A DNA stretch of 64,000 bases from Octopus vulgaris (Eukaryota). This document shows, piece by piece, positions 1 through 11,830 of the stretch (position 1 is its first letter; each line of letters opens with the position of its first letter). A program made the position numbers and the translations under genes. The stretch is from contig OX597839.1 in the NCBI GenBank assembly GCA_951406725.2, positions 28,210,001 to 28,274,000 on the forward strand, read 5' to 3'. The notes below the pieces were generated by a model. It did not search any database. It was not told the origin of the DNA and was given only the letters and a program-made list of their open reading frames with translations.

Positions 1-37
1 ATTATCCGTAATAAGATAATTCATTTGTCTATTTAAA

Positions 38-130
<93 letters not shown>

Positions 131-132
<2 letters not shown>

Positions 133-960
133 GTTAATCCAAACATGAAGACACAACAACGCGAGGACGTGAAACAAGTATAGTATTATTGGACGCTCAA
201 GAAAGAAGGAGAATTTAACCTTTCGAGCAGAGCTCTTCGTCAAAAACATAGGAAAAGGAAAGATCCAAAGAAGGGAAGACGGAGGGGAAAAAATCGCCAA
301 CGGTACATACGCGGTCACATTTTGAATGACCGGAAGGGAATGGGTGAAGAAAAAGTTCTTTCAAAGAGGTGTAAGTGATGGCGATACAAGTAGAAAAGTG
401 TAAGTAGAAGAAGAAAGGTAAAAAAAGGACGAGGAAAAAGTGGAAGAGTCACGGACAATTTTTTTTTTTGATTTCCAATCACGATTACAGCGGCGTACTC
501 CGGATGAATGGTAACAGTAATCCGTAGGTGTAAAAATCCAGGAATTGGTTATCCAAGGCAGTCGGAAAGCCGGGGTCCGTGTGAGCGTGCGGTATATAAA
601 GTGAGTTAAAATTATACGGAGGTCGACTTTGCCTTTCATCCTTTCGGGGTCGATTAAATAAGTACCAGTTACACACTGGGGTCGATATAATCGACAAAAT
701 CCGTTTGTCTGTCCCCTCTGTGTTTAGCCCCTTGTGGGTAGTAAAGAAATAGGTATATAAAGTTAATCCAAACATAAAGAGAAAACACAACAACGTGAGG
801 ACGTGGAACAAGTATAGTATTACTGGACGCTCAGGAAAGAAGGGAAGAAGGAGGGTTTAACGTTTCGAGCGGAGCTCTTCGTCGGAAACATAGGAAAAGG
901 AAAGATCCAGAGAAGGGAAGACGGAGGGAAAAAAATCGCCAACGGTACACACGAGGTCGC
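131..960 (-). mobile_element. Non-autonomous Penelope-type element: two ~190-bp direct repeats (131-318, 762-960), each with a degenerate hammerhead motif, around a ~270-bp non-coding spacer; interrupted by a SINE at 603-751
   Basis: gttaatccaaacat...aaaatcgccaacggtaca occurs twice in direct orientation. The minus strand of each copy reads (T/C)(T/C)GACGA-AGAGC-nnn-GCTC-GAAA. The same repeat recurs at 9260 and 24800. Confidence 0.65.
603..751 (+). mobile_element. 5'-truncated SINE family A copy with 12-bp TSD
   Basis: Body gaggtcgactttgcctttcatcctttcggggtcga...gtaaagaaata. TSD ggtatataaagt at 591-602 and 752-763. Confidence 0.85.
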
Positions 961-1060
961 GCAGCACAAACATCTGACCATTATAAAACAGATCATCTGC
1001 GTGGTTGTTCGGGAAGAAATAGCGGAACTCTCATCAGTCGTCCAACGATTGGGAAATCAA

Positions 1061-1347
1061 CCAGACAATCAAATGTTACTATACGTCGCTGATCACAATG
1101 CGCTTTGATTCGTTTTAGCTTCTGAATGATGCCATCCCGCTGGCGAGGAGAGTAGGCCAACATTGTCCCTGGATCGGAAGACTACTCCATCGCAGGGTGA
1201 CCCATTTAAAGTTGAGTGGCCTGGACCAACGTGAAATGCAGCGTTTTGCTCAAGAACACAACACACAGTCCGGTCCGGTCCGGGGGAATCGAACCCACGG
1301 TCTAGCGATCATAAGTGCAACACCCTAACCACTAGGCCACGTGCTCC
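1061..1347 (-). mobile_element. tRNA-derived SINE, head type 2 (CORE/V-like) + tail X
   Basis: Minus strand: A box tggcctagtgg, B box ggttcgattcc, then tgtgttcttgagcaaaac, ccctgcgatggag and tail gccagcgggatggcatcattc...cattgtgatcagcg (shared with 24660-24770). Confidence 0.75.
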
Positions 1348-1407
1348 CACCCACACACACACACACGTGTATGCATGTATATATGCATGTGCATATATAT
1401 ATATATC

Positions 1408-1442
<35 letters not shown>

Positions 1443-1753
1443 TTATAATGATGAGAAAACGTTAGCCGGTTCCTCCACCGTCTCAATCCTTTTGCTCAGC
1501 ACCACCATCTCGCCCCCACCCCTTCCATACCGTCCATTGCATTTAAATTGCTCTCTAAGTACCAGAGTACTGAGTAGTAGTAGTAGTAGTAGTAGGAGGA
1601 GGAGGAGGAGGAGGAGGAGGAGGAAGAAGAGGAGGAGGGAGGAAGGGGGGAAGGGGAAGAGAAGGAATAGAGATCCGCATTTAATAACATTGGCCCGAGT
1701 CTGGTTCCAATTACGGTAATTATTTCGGGAGAAAGGGTTTGTTAAAACGATTA

Positions 1754-1813
<60 letters not shown>

Positions 1814-1977
1814 ACTATAAAAGACAGCAACAGATTTTATTTTATCGCTATTTTTATTCATTTTCAAGAAAACCAGATGGCGCGCGCGGCATTTACAATG
1901 TATCTGGGGTTAATGACTGGGACCTTTGCGCCGTCACGCTGATCAGCTGAAAATAACAGCAAGACCTCACTCAAATA

Positions 1978-3120
1978 CAGGGTGTTCGGGCTAAATCTGA
2001 CGACTTTTTATGTCTCCCTTTTTTTTGTGGAAGAGTTTGGTGTAGTGGTGAGCTGTCAACGGCGTTGGAGAGCATTAAGATTAAAGTTATAGTTGAGGAA
2101 AGTTTAGGTGACATTGAGGAGTGAAGGCCATAGGAATGTCTGGAAGGGGATTACCTGTACCATGAGGATTCGTGCCGGGTGTCAAAATACCGATATCATG
2201 ACAGCTGCCGAATGGTCCGTGATCACTGGAATGGCTGGAAGACGCGACATGGACGGCTGTAACGGAGACTACGAAGCTGTAAGGCGGCGAGCTGGCAGAA
2301 GGGTTAGCGCACCGGACGAAATGCTTAGCGGTATTTTGTCTACAACTACGTTCTGAGTTCAAATTCCGTCGAGGTCGACTTTGCCTTTCATCCTTTCGGG
2401 GTCGATTAAATAAGTACCGGTTACGCACTGGGGTCGATATAATCGACTTAATCCGTTTGTCTCTCCTTGTTTGTCCCCTCTGTGTTTAGCCCCTTGTGGG
2501 TAGTAAAGAAATAGGTATTTCGTCTACAGCTACGTTCTGAGTTCAAATTCCGCCGAGGTCGACTTTGCCTTTCATCCTTTCGGGGTCGATTAAATAAGTA
2601 CCAGTTACGCACTGGGGTCGATATAATCGACTTAATCCGTTTGTCTCTCCTTGTTTGTCCCCTCTGTGTTTAGCCCCTTGTGGGTAGTAAAGAAGTAGGT
2701 ATTTCGTCTACAGCTACGTTCTGAGTTCAAATTCCGCCGAGGTCGACTTTGCCTTTCATCCTTTCGGGGTCGATTAAATAAGTACCAGTTACGCACTGGG
2801 GTCGATATAATCGACTTAATCCGTTTGTCTGTCGTTGTCTGTCCCCTCTGTGTTTAGCCCCTTGTGGGTAGTAAAGAAATATGTAACGGAGACTGCAAAC
2901 TTGTGGCCAACGGGAAGGGACAGAGCAGGCGTTCTGACGGCGTCTGAACGAAGGAATTTAGCTCCAGATCTCTGAAGAAGGCCTTAGGCTCAATCCAAAC
3001 AATTATGCGAAGCTGCTTGATGCTGTGGTCAAATCCTATCCGGAGAGCGTTACTGCTGGAAGGCCGTATGCGTGACAGTGGGATTCAGTTCCTTGCCATG
3101 TCTGCGGGAAGGGTCAGAGA
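1978..3120 (+). mobile_element. Decayed, internally deleted Tc1/mariner-superfamily (maT/DD37D-like) transposon, interrupted by a SINE trimer
   Basis: TA-CAGGGTG start. N-terminal remnant MRIRAGCQNTDI..NGDYEAV. After the SINE, EEGLRLNPNNYAKLLDAVVKSYPESVTAGRPYA*QWDSVPCH resembles the WQQDSAPCH catalytic motif. Confidence 0.7.
2281..2881 (+). mobile_element. SINE family A: one head plus three tandem 184-bp body/tail units
   Basis: Head aaggcggcgagctggcagaa. ggtattt unit starts at 2330, 2514 and 2698. Diverged ~23-bp TSD tgtaacggagact(a/g)c.. at 2258-2280 and 2882-2904. Confidence 0.9.
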
Positions 3121-3604
3121 ATTTCTAGTAGTAAAGCAGGTGAGAATTATGCCTATCTAATCTACAAAAAAATAAAATATTTCGTATTTTATGCAGAGTA
3201 ATCAGAGTAACCTTCATAATTTTATTGAATTTGGTGCATATTTTGCCATAAAAGGAAAATGTTGCTATCGATCTTCTTTTTATTCAAGGTAGGCCCCTGC
3301 CTACCTAGGCGGCACGTCCCTGCCGTAGTGATAGATTAAGCCGAGAGACGCTGAGATGTGGGAACTTCTATACCTCTGTTTGATCATGCTAGAAATAGCA
3401 GCTAAATGTCTCTCTTTCGCCATATATACAGCCAGGCATAGCTGTAAGGTTTTAAAAACCGCTTTGCAGTCACATGCTTTTGGGTTCGGTCAGTCCTGCA
3501 TGGCACCTTGGGCTAGTGTCTCCTTCTGTAGCCCCGAGACGACCAATGCCTTCTGAATGAATTTAGTCGACAGAAACTGAGTGGAATTCGTGTGTGTGTA
3601 TATA

Positions 3605-3826
3605 CATTGATGGTTTCGAGGGCTTCCTTTATTTACGAGTTGATTTCTTAATTTCACCGGAGTATAAATACCGATAATGGTGAAACACTTCTCAAATTCT
3701 ATGCAATATTTTCTATAAGTATTTCATTTTGTCTACTTTCTTTTTCATATGAATCGACCCTCGTTCGCATGGGTATAGATCATGGTGTACCTATGCGCGT
3801 AGATACATACACACATACATATGCGA

Positions 3827-3881
<55 letters not shown>

Positions 3882-3965
3882 GTTGATGTATTCGAGAATT
3901 TCGCTTATTTTCGAGTTAATTTCTTAATTTCACCAGAGTATAAATACCTATAATGGTAATACTTA
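3605..3965. repeat. Two diverged copies of an ~80-bp repeat (3607-3690, 3883-3965)
   Basis: ttgatg...atttcttaatttcacc(g/a)gagtataaatacc(g/t)ataatggt occurs twice. Confidence 0.7.
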
Positions 3966-4469
3966 CAAAATCAATTAATTCAGTTCAATTAAAAAGGCAT
4001 GGGTAAGCAACGCATTGTAAGCCACACTATAATTTGCAGAAAAATATTATCTGCACGCAGGGTATGCGTCGCCCCACCGATGCCTTTTCTTTTCTTTATT
4101 TTTCATTTTTGTTTTTCTTGCTAAATAATTACTTGCAGTAAGTCCCTTCATTAAATATGTTAATATATTAATATGAAATATGTTAATATATTTTCCTTGC
4201 ATTAATTATGTTAACAGTAACGTAACAACTGATTCCTAAATTTGGCACAAGAGCGTAAAATGTGATGGGTGGCGGGCAAATATGCCGTTAGATTGAACTT
4301 AGTTGCGGAGAAGTTCAAGATAATTGATCGATCGAAAACCGGCGAGACTTGAACTCAGAACCTAAAGTGACGTAACTAAACACGGCTATGCTTTTAAACC
4401 GGCACATTGCGGCCTAAAACTGTCGGATTAAAGGTTTAGTTTGAATTATTGTTCCTAACGTTATAAGGC

Positions 4470-4660
4470 AGAAACGTTCGCAGGCCGAGACAAAATGCTT
4501 AGCGTTACGGTAAGAGTTCGAATTTCGCTGTGGTTGACTTTGCCTTTCATCCTTTAAGGGCCAATAAAATAAGTGACAGTTGAGTATTGGGGTCCACGTA
4601 ATTGACTAGCTCTCTCCCCCACCAAATTCCAAGCCTTGTGTCTATTAGTAGAAATAATTA
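4470..4660 (+). mobile_element. Old SINE family A copy (tail Z)
   Basis: aaatgcttagcg...gactttgcctttcatccttt...cccccaccaaattccaagccttgtgtctattagtagaaa. Confidence 0.7.
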
Positions 4661-4991
4661 GGATATTCCGACTATTAACTACGTTTTTACTCTGTACGTT
4701 TACAATATTTATATCTGTACTACGATTTGATCAGTTCGATCTCCGATCGATATCATCGGTGCCATTTAAAAAAGAAAAAAGATACGTACATAGTTCACAA
4801 TTGGATCCGAACATGGGACGTTATTTTCATAATTCTAGAAGCATTCATAGTACCGACTGCTCCAATAATGGTATTTCTTTTAAAAAGACTATCGAGATTA
4901 CAAACGAAATAAAAACGGTATATTTGGCATCGTTATCTAACAGAATCAGTCTACCGTTTGTGTGTGTATTCTTAAGACCAGTTTAAATATA

Positions 4992-5233
4992 TTGGGTCGG
5001 GGCATAATTATTGCGGGGTCCCCCCCCCCCAACGAAAACAATAACAATATTAAACAAAAACATCTTTAAATGACGGTCTGACCGTCTGCCAAGCAAATGG
5101 CAAGCAGTAATTGAAGTAGATGGTGAATATGCTCCGGAATAATCATTTAAAGATGTTTTTGTTACATGTTGTTATTGTTTATGTTGAGAAAAATTTGTTG
5201 AAGAAAAGCCGCAATAATTATGCACCAACCCAA
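4992..5233 (+). mobile_element. Mariner-derived MITE (Hsmar1/cecropia-like TIRs)
   Basis: TIRs ttgggtcggggcataattattgcgg / ccgcaataattatgcaccaacccaa flanked by TA. Internal transposase C-terminus LDRLPSKWQAVIEVDGEYAPE*. Confidence 0.85.
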
Positions 5234-5464
5234 TATAAAAGCTTTTCAATGCAAGAGAAAAAGTTCCCACTTAAGACAAAAAAGTGTTCACTGCATCCGT
5301 TTTAAGATAGACAGAGGATGCACCTCAACATATTTCCATCGAAATTCCATTCTCAAGGTGACGGTGAGTATGAAGCTATAGAGCGGCGAAAGACAGTTTG
5401 CCAATGTGACACGCAGTCGGATCGACGTCTACGAAGAGAACGTCTTGCTCTTCATCCTACGAAT

Positions 5465-5835
5465 GAGTGGCTGTGTGGTAAGTAGCTTGCTTACCAACCA
5501 CATGGTTCCGAGTTCACTTGGGCAAGTGTCTTCTACTATAGCCTCGGGCCGACCAAAGCCTTGTGAATGGATTTGGTAGACGGAAACTGAAAGAAGCCCG
5601 TCGTATATATGTATATATATATATATGTATGTGTGCGTCTGTATTTGTCCCCCCTCCCAACATCGCTTGACAACCGATGCTGGTGTGTTTACGTCACCGT
5701 AACTTAGCGGTTCGGCAAAACAGAACGATAGAATAAGTACTAGGCTTACAAAGAATAAATCCTGGGGTTGATTTGTTCAACTAAAGGCGGTGCTCCAGCA
5801 TGGCCACAGCCAAATGACTGAAACAAGTAAGAGTA
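5465..5835 (+). mobile_element. SINE family B (tRNA head, CORE-like segment, internal TA/TG microsatellite)
   Basis: gagtggctgtgtggtaag...cttgggcaagtgtcttc...gaaactgaaagaagcccgtcg(TA)n...ccagcatggccacag...gaaacaagtaagagta. Confidence 0.85.
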
Positions 5836-5870
5836 TGTCACACACACACACATATAATTTATCGCTTCCC

Positions 5871-6152
5871 ATACATACATACATACATACATACATACAT
5901 ACATACATACATACATACATACATACATACATACATACATACATACATACATACATACATACATACATACATACATACATACATACATACATACATACAT
6001 ACATACATACATACATACATACATACATACATACATACATACATACATACATACATACATACATACATACATACATACATACATACATACATACATACAT
6101 ACATACATACATACATACATACATACATACATACATACATACATACATACAT
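5871..6152. repeat. (CATA)n microsatellite, about 70 perfect units
   Basis: Uninterrupted atac repeat. Confidence 0.97.
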
Positions 6153-6929
6153 AGCTCAGGGCACTATTGAGGATCTTGTGGGAAGATGCAACTTTATGCA
6201 ACTCTAACGTTTTCACTTGTTGGTTTGTCCAATGGGAGAGCAGCAAACTCTCTGCCATACAGTTGTTATATAAACGGAACTCGAAGTTCTCTCTCGCTCT
6301 CTTTCACATAGAACTAACCCAGGGCAAAGAATTGGTGAGGAGTTCGTTCCTTACACTTCTTTCAGTTAATCTTAAAACAAGACATGTTTCTGCTAAACGG
6401 GATATCGATTTACCGTATCTCTATTCCGCTAATTTACTGACCACATATGTTGATTTCCTGTCCTTTTATTTAAGCAACATTTCAGCTCGTTCACCGTTCA
6501 CACAAATATGCAGGTCTCAAAATAACTTTTTATTTCAAAACCAGAAAAGAAGAACATACGAATTACATCACCGACTTTCATATATATACAACAATATCTT
6601 TACACACGTGTTGACTGAACTGTTGTATTTATGGATGTCGCAATAGAAAATTGTGGCTGTTTTTCTCTTTGGATCGAGTATCTAATTTAAACTTGTACTT
6701 TATGAATATACTGAAGTAAACACGTGATGTTTCACTGCATTGAATAAGAGTTTTCTGCCAATGAATAAGACAGTCTCTACACATTTCAGACTACAAATGC
6801 GTGTGTTGTATTTGAAGTTTTCGAGCTTACAATCATTATGTACAGGAAACTGGGTTGTGATATTCAGTACGGTTGTTTAATAAAAGAGGGACATGAATGA
6901 GGTTTATAAAGAACAAAAAAGGAAGAAAA

Positions 6930-6971
<42 letters not shown>

Positions 6972-7149
6972 TTTAAACAAAATAAAGACAGAAAAGAATG
7001 TCTGTTCGAGCTAGTTTCTTAATGAATAATATGAACGACGTATTTGTTTTATTACACATACTTTAGTTTTCAATCAAAGATGGCCAGAAGTCTGGCGTCT
7101 CTGGCGGTGACGTGTTGACGTCTCACTTAAAGCCAATAGTGAGTGGGCT
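6153..7149. mobile_element. Possible ~1-kb non-autonomous DNA element with imperfect TIRs
   Basis: Left end agctcagggcactattg versus reverse complement of right end agcccactcactattg. Non-microsatellite interior. Confidence 0.35.
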
Positions 7150-7329
7150 GTTGTTGTTGTTTTTTGTTTTTTTCAATGAGGGGACAAAGGAAATGAGACT
7201 TGTAATAGTGTGGTTATTTTAACTAAAGATTCCAATTGACAAAAATAGACTTTTAGAACGGAAATGCGTATTTATGCATAATATATCTTTGCACAGAGAG
7301 TCACATTATTTGCTGGTATTGCGTAACGC

Positions 7330-7504
7330 AGTACCAAGGCGGTGAGGCCTTAGGGTTGCTGGCGCCCCGGGAAAACTTAGCTTCAACGCGTACAAGCTGA
7401 CGGACGTGGAAATTTCCTTGTCTTTGTCACGCCCTCCTTGGCGCTCCCTAGCACATGGCGCCCCGGGCGAATGCCCTAGTTGCCGGTACCTTGAGCCGGC
7501 CCTG
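7330..7504. mobile_element. hAT-type MITE end
   Basis: Ends in gagccggccctg (rc CAGGGCCGGCTC, a typical hAT TIR), with internal ggcgccccggg repeats. Confidence 0.6.
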
Positions 7505-7538
7505 ACTCCGGACAAAATGCTTAGCAGTATTTCGTCCG

Positions 7539-7757
7539 CGGCAAGCTGGCAGAATCGTCAGCACGCCGGGTGAAATGCGTAGCCGTATTTGGTCTGCTGT
7601 TACGTTCTGAGTTCAAATTCTGCCGAGGTCGACTTTGCCTCTCATCCTTTCGGGGTCGATTAAATAAGTACCAGTTACGCACTGGGGTCGATGTAATCGA
7701 CTTAATACCTTGTTTGTCCTCTCTGTGTTTAGCCCCTTGTGGGTAGTAAAGAAATAG
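7539..7757 (+). mobile_element. Near full-length SINE A inserted into an older SINE A copy (7505-7920)
   Basis: Flanked by gtatttcgtccg / gtagttcgtccg. The older body resumes after the insert. Confidence 0.75.
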
Positions 7758-8061
7758 GTAGTTCGTCCGTCTTTACGTTCAAATTATGAATAGGTGACTC
7801 TGCTTCTCATCCCTATAAGAGTCGATAAAAGTAAATACGAGTTGAGCGCTGGGGAGGCGATCAAATCGACTTATCCCTTCCCTCGAACTTACTGACTTTC
7901 TACCAAAACCTGAAACCAATATGTAACCCAGTACAACCTGCTGCATGGTCGAGCCGTCAGTGACTGAAAGGGGAAACCCCACCAAAGTCGTTTTGGTGAG
8001 CAGTGGTTCTCAAAAATCCTGCTTGATCAAAAAGCAAATGTCAAAAGGCAAATGAACTCCA

Positions 8062-8747
8062 AGCGGCTGTGTGGTAAGACGTTTACTTCCCAACCACATA
8101 GTTCCGGGTTCAGTCCCACTGTATGGCACCTTGGTCAAGTGTCTTCTACAGCCTCGGCCGACCAAAACTTTGTGAGTGAATTTAGTGGACGGAAACTGAA
8201 AGAAGCCCATTGCGTATTATATATATCTATATATATAAAACTGTAGTTGTGTGAGTGACTGTCCCCTTCGATTTAGATTCCTAACTCCTCCCACATTTTG
8301 CGGTGCAGTTTAACCAAATTCGGGTATCTTATAGTCGTCATTCATATCGAGCCCGTCTGAGTATTAGCGCGCGTCTACGATGAGTCTACGATTTTAAAAA
8401 TAATTTAACATCATTTTTTATTCCATTTTAATGCATAAAATGCATCGTGTGTCGATGGCGGCGGAGTTGGCGTCCATGGTCACACCTGCACCTGTTTTCT
8501 TCTCCCCCTTCTTCCCTCCCTCGTGAAGCTGTGGGGAAGGGAGTGTAAGGAAATCAACGTCGTAAAGCGTTGTCAATGAGACCAGCGTTCTTTTAGAACA
8601 ACGACTTCATGGCTTGAAGACACCAAAACAGAAATGGCTAAGAAAGCCCGAATTGGCACCTATAAGGGAAGTAACTCTCTAAAAATGCTTATATAGTTAT
8701 TTCCCTTACAAACCCGAGCAACGCCGGGCGATACTGCTAGTTATATA

Positions 8748-8788
<41 letters not shown>

Positions 8789-8968
8789 TTATAGGGAGAA
8801 TTCACAAAAAAAAGACGAAGACAGGTGGTGTAGACAACAAACAGATGTATTAGTTTAACGCTCGGGAAGTGAAAAAGTTTTTAACGTTTCGACCCTACGC
8901 TCTTCCACAGAAAGGAACACAGAAAGAAACAAGAATAGAAAAAAAAAATGTATAGTGGCTAGCGATCT

Positions 8969-9025
<57 letters not shown>

Positions 9026-9185
9026 CTGTGTTTGTTCCCCACTACCGCTTGACAACCGCTGTTGGTTTGTTTATGCCCCTCAAAACATAGCTGATCGGAA
9101 AAAGGAGACCGATAGAATAAGTATCAGGCTTTACACAAAACTATTAGGACCGGGACCGATTCATTCGACCAAAAGTTCTTCAAGA
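8062..9185 (+). mobile_element. SINE B copy split at its internal microsatellite by a Helitron and a hammerhead-like repeat
   Basis: 5' half 8062-8215; 3' half (cgcttgacaacc...gatagaataagta) 9025-9185. Confidence 0.75.
8226..8740 (+). mobile_element. Non-autonomous Helitron
   Basis: A|TCTATATATATAAAA 5' end. 3' hairpin cccgagcaacgccggg 8 nt before CTAG|T. No TSD; inserted at an AT dinucleotide. Confidence 0.8.
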
Positions 9186-9261
9186 GCCAAATACCCTAAG
9201 CACGAAGCCACGCGCCTTCACATAATGCGTGGGATACCCGTATAGGAGCTTTCTTAATCAA

Positions 9262-9294
9262 TTTAACGTTTCGAGCCGAGCTCTTCGTCAGAAA
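9262..9294 (-). ncRNA. Minimal type-I hammerhead ribozyme motif in a Penelope-type repeat fragment
   Basis: Minus strand ttt-CTGACGA-AGAGC-tcg-GCTC-GAAAC-GTT-aaa. Confidence 0.65.
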
Positions 9295-9645
9295 CATGGG
9301 AAAAGGAAAGATCCAAGGAAGGGAAGACGGACGAAAAAAAATCGCCAACGATACACACGCGATATATATAGGTGACTCAATATAGAATGATTGTCGTCAT
9401 TTCTTTCTCTTTTGCCAGCGTTGTTTGCCTTTTAAGTGCTGTGGTTTTACTGGGATCTCCCTTTTAAGTAGAAAGAATAGCCATAACTCTTTGACTGCTA
9501 TTTCTAAATTCGGTGTGTGGTGAGGCAAATCGTTGCTAAACCCTTAATTACTTAGTATTACTTAAACCTTCCTTGAATGGGGCTTTTACATGCCGAACTC
9601 TACTTGGTGAAATTAATGATTATTCCAAATTAATTAATTTCACCC

Positions 9646-9736
<91 letters not shown>

Positions 9737-9867
9737 ATCAGCAACAATTTAGATTCAAATGAATATGGTACTTAATTTAGATGCACCAGAATTTTGTATG
9801 GTGTTACCCATAAAAATGTGCGGGGTGATTATAATAAAAAATAAGCAACAAGAATGACTCCGGTGAT

Positions 9868-9953
9868 TTGGTACAAATGTTTCGCACTACAACATTTTAT
9901 TAAAAGCTGTAAGTATTACACCAGATTTAAGATGCTGAGTGCTCTTCAGCCAA
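9868..9953 (-). ncRNA. Type-I hammerhead ribozyme with long stem II
   Basis: Minus strand ttgg-CTGAAGA-GCACTcagcat...atgttgtAGTGC-GAAAC-attt-GTA-ccaa. Intact core; stems I, II and III all pair. Confidence 0.75.
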
Positions 9954-10199
9954 TTATATAGGTTTTCCAATGATATAAAAGATTTCAAATCAAGTAGTAA
10001 CATTTTAGAGAAGGTAATACAGATAAATATGTAGATTTGAATTTTAAGAACATATGAGGTTGTGAAGTTCAGTTGCTAACTGACCAAAACTCTGGTTGTA
10101 TCTGTGGTGTCTGCAAGTAGGAGATAATGTGGGTATGTCATTATGTTTGTCCCACCAATACTTGACAATCGGTGTTGGTTTGTTTACGTTCCCTAACCG

Positions 10200-10400
10200 T
10201 TACTGTCTCCAAAAAAGATTTTTCGTTTCATGTTCGTCTCTGTTGCGTTGCATTCTTTCCTTCTTTGGCTGGCTGATTCAGAGCGGATCTCAGAATTAAA
10301 CAGCCGAAATTTGCGATGAGGGATCAGTTTCTGACTGAAGAATGAAGGCTTTGAATGACCCGTTTGTCTTTTTGTTCGTCCCTTCGTGTATTTCACGTTA
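10200..10400 (-). repeat. Unclassified dispersed repeat (other copies 23096-23325 and 33925-34055 in the opposite orientation)
   Basis: Shared gacgggtcattc...ttc(c/t)tcagtc...atttcggctg block. Confidence 0.65.
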
Positions 10401-10979
10401 TTTATTTATGTAAAGGTTTATTATATATATATATATATATAAAACACACACACACACACACACAGAGACGCGCACACACATTATAAAGATTTGTGTGCGT
10501 ATATGTGTGTGTGTGTGTGAACCTTTTATTGGAACCGCTTCAAATATTTAACACTCGGCTTGTTTATGGAACACAAAGGAGAGCGATTGATGTTTGTGAA
10601 GCCTCCAAGCCATTGTACCCTGTGACACCACCACCACCACCCACACAGTAACACCATCACCACGACCAGCAACAACAACAACAGCAGCAGCAGTAGCTTG
10701 TGTATAGACGAGTGTGTTGTGTCACACCAGCCATTCTGATTGGAATGACTTGGTAAGGGGGGGACGACACACAGACACAAATCGCATGCCAGCTTCCTTC
10801 CTCATCGATCGATTAATGCTGCTTTAGCCTGGCTTTGCCTTCACTACCCATAATCAACGTGTTCACTCCAAATCCTTCCATTCTTTATACCATATTTCCC
10901 GGAGACAATGTGACGAATTTCCCGGCACCATTTTGATATCAAAAGTCTCACGTAATTTTATCTTCTTAAATGCTCTCTC

Positions 10980-11028
<49 letters not shown>

Positions 11029-11783
11029 TTTTTTTTTTTTTGGTTCTTCTGCTTCTTTTTTCCTTCGTGTTTCTTAATCCTTTCCTTATTTTCCTAAATG
11101 CCTTTTATTTTTTTCGGAAAATATCTTCTCGATAATACCCCTATTAAACTTGCATTCATTCACTACTGTTAACAAGAATTTGGGTATTTCGCATCATAAT
11201 CATAATCATCATCCTTATTATTATTATTATTATTATTATCATTTTTTTTTATTATTATCATTATTATTATTATTGTTATTATTATTATTATTATTATTAT
11301 TTAGGTTTTCCTATTGTCAGTATCCATTTTTCTAGGAATGGGCGTATGATGGGAATATGGACGCGAGCGCATATTATATATATGTGTGTGTAGCGTGTGT
11401 ATAGTGTGTGTATGTGTGTATATAGTGTAATTTTTACAACTAATAGCAGATATATGAGGAACTCTGCTATCTTGAAACCAAAAAAAAAATAAAAAGCGGA
11501 ACAAAATATATATAGAACAAATTTGAGTATAATAAATAACAATGGGGTGGGGATTAGAAAAAAAAATTCCACGTGGAATGTTTAACAATTGGAAATTTCC
11601 AGTAATTGACAATGTGAACAACGAGTCTGAGATTCTTGTCATACCATTAATTAAAAGACACGAAACACAAAGACCGGGTGGATGGATGTATATATATACA
11701 CGCACACACACATATATATATAAACAAAATTCTTTGGAAGTATCTTTTGTCGTTTAGTTTTGCTTTATTTCTGTTGTGTGTGC

Positions 11784-11830
<47 letters not shown>

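Noticed and set aside
2514-2697. Self-cleaving ribozyme inside the 184-bp SINE A unit
   Set aside because: I found no CTGANGA/GAAA core or HDV-like fold by eye on either strand, so the multimer hypothesis does not rest on a ribozyme.
2330-2881. Regularly spaced repeats resembling a CRISPR array (also 17851-18412, 54891-55640)
   Set aside because: The whole 184/188-bp unit repeats with no unique spacers, there are no cas genes, and the context is a eukaryotic SINE.
5746-6258. Long ORFs such as (MYVC)n, (HTYI)n, poly-V/T/H/S/P (also 21800-22400, 30200-33000, 40766-42480, 53050-53540, 56590-58637)
   Set aside because: They are translations of di-, tri- and tetranucleotide microsatellites that lack stops in several frames, with no domain signal or splice support.
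6167-6646. 159-aa ORF
   Set aside because: TTG start, no recognisable motifs, and it lies inside a putative non-autonomous element.
7092-7110. CTCF-like motif (rc ccgccagagacgcca)
   Set aside because: It is one base short of the consensus spacing and an isolated match near a putative element end.
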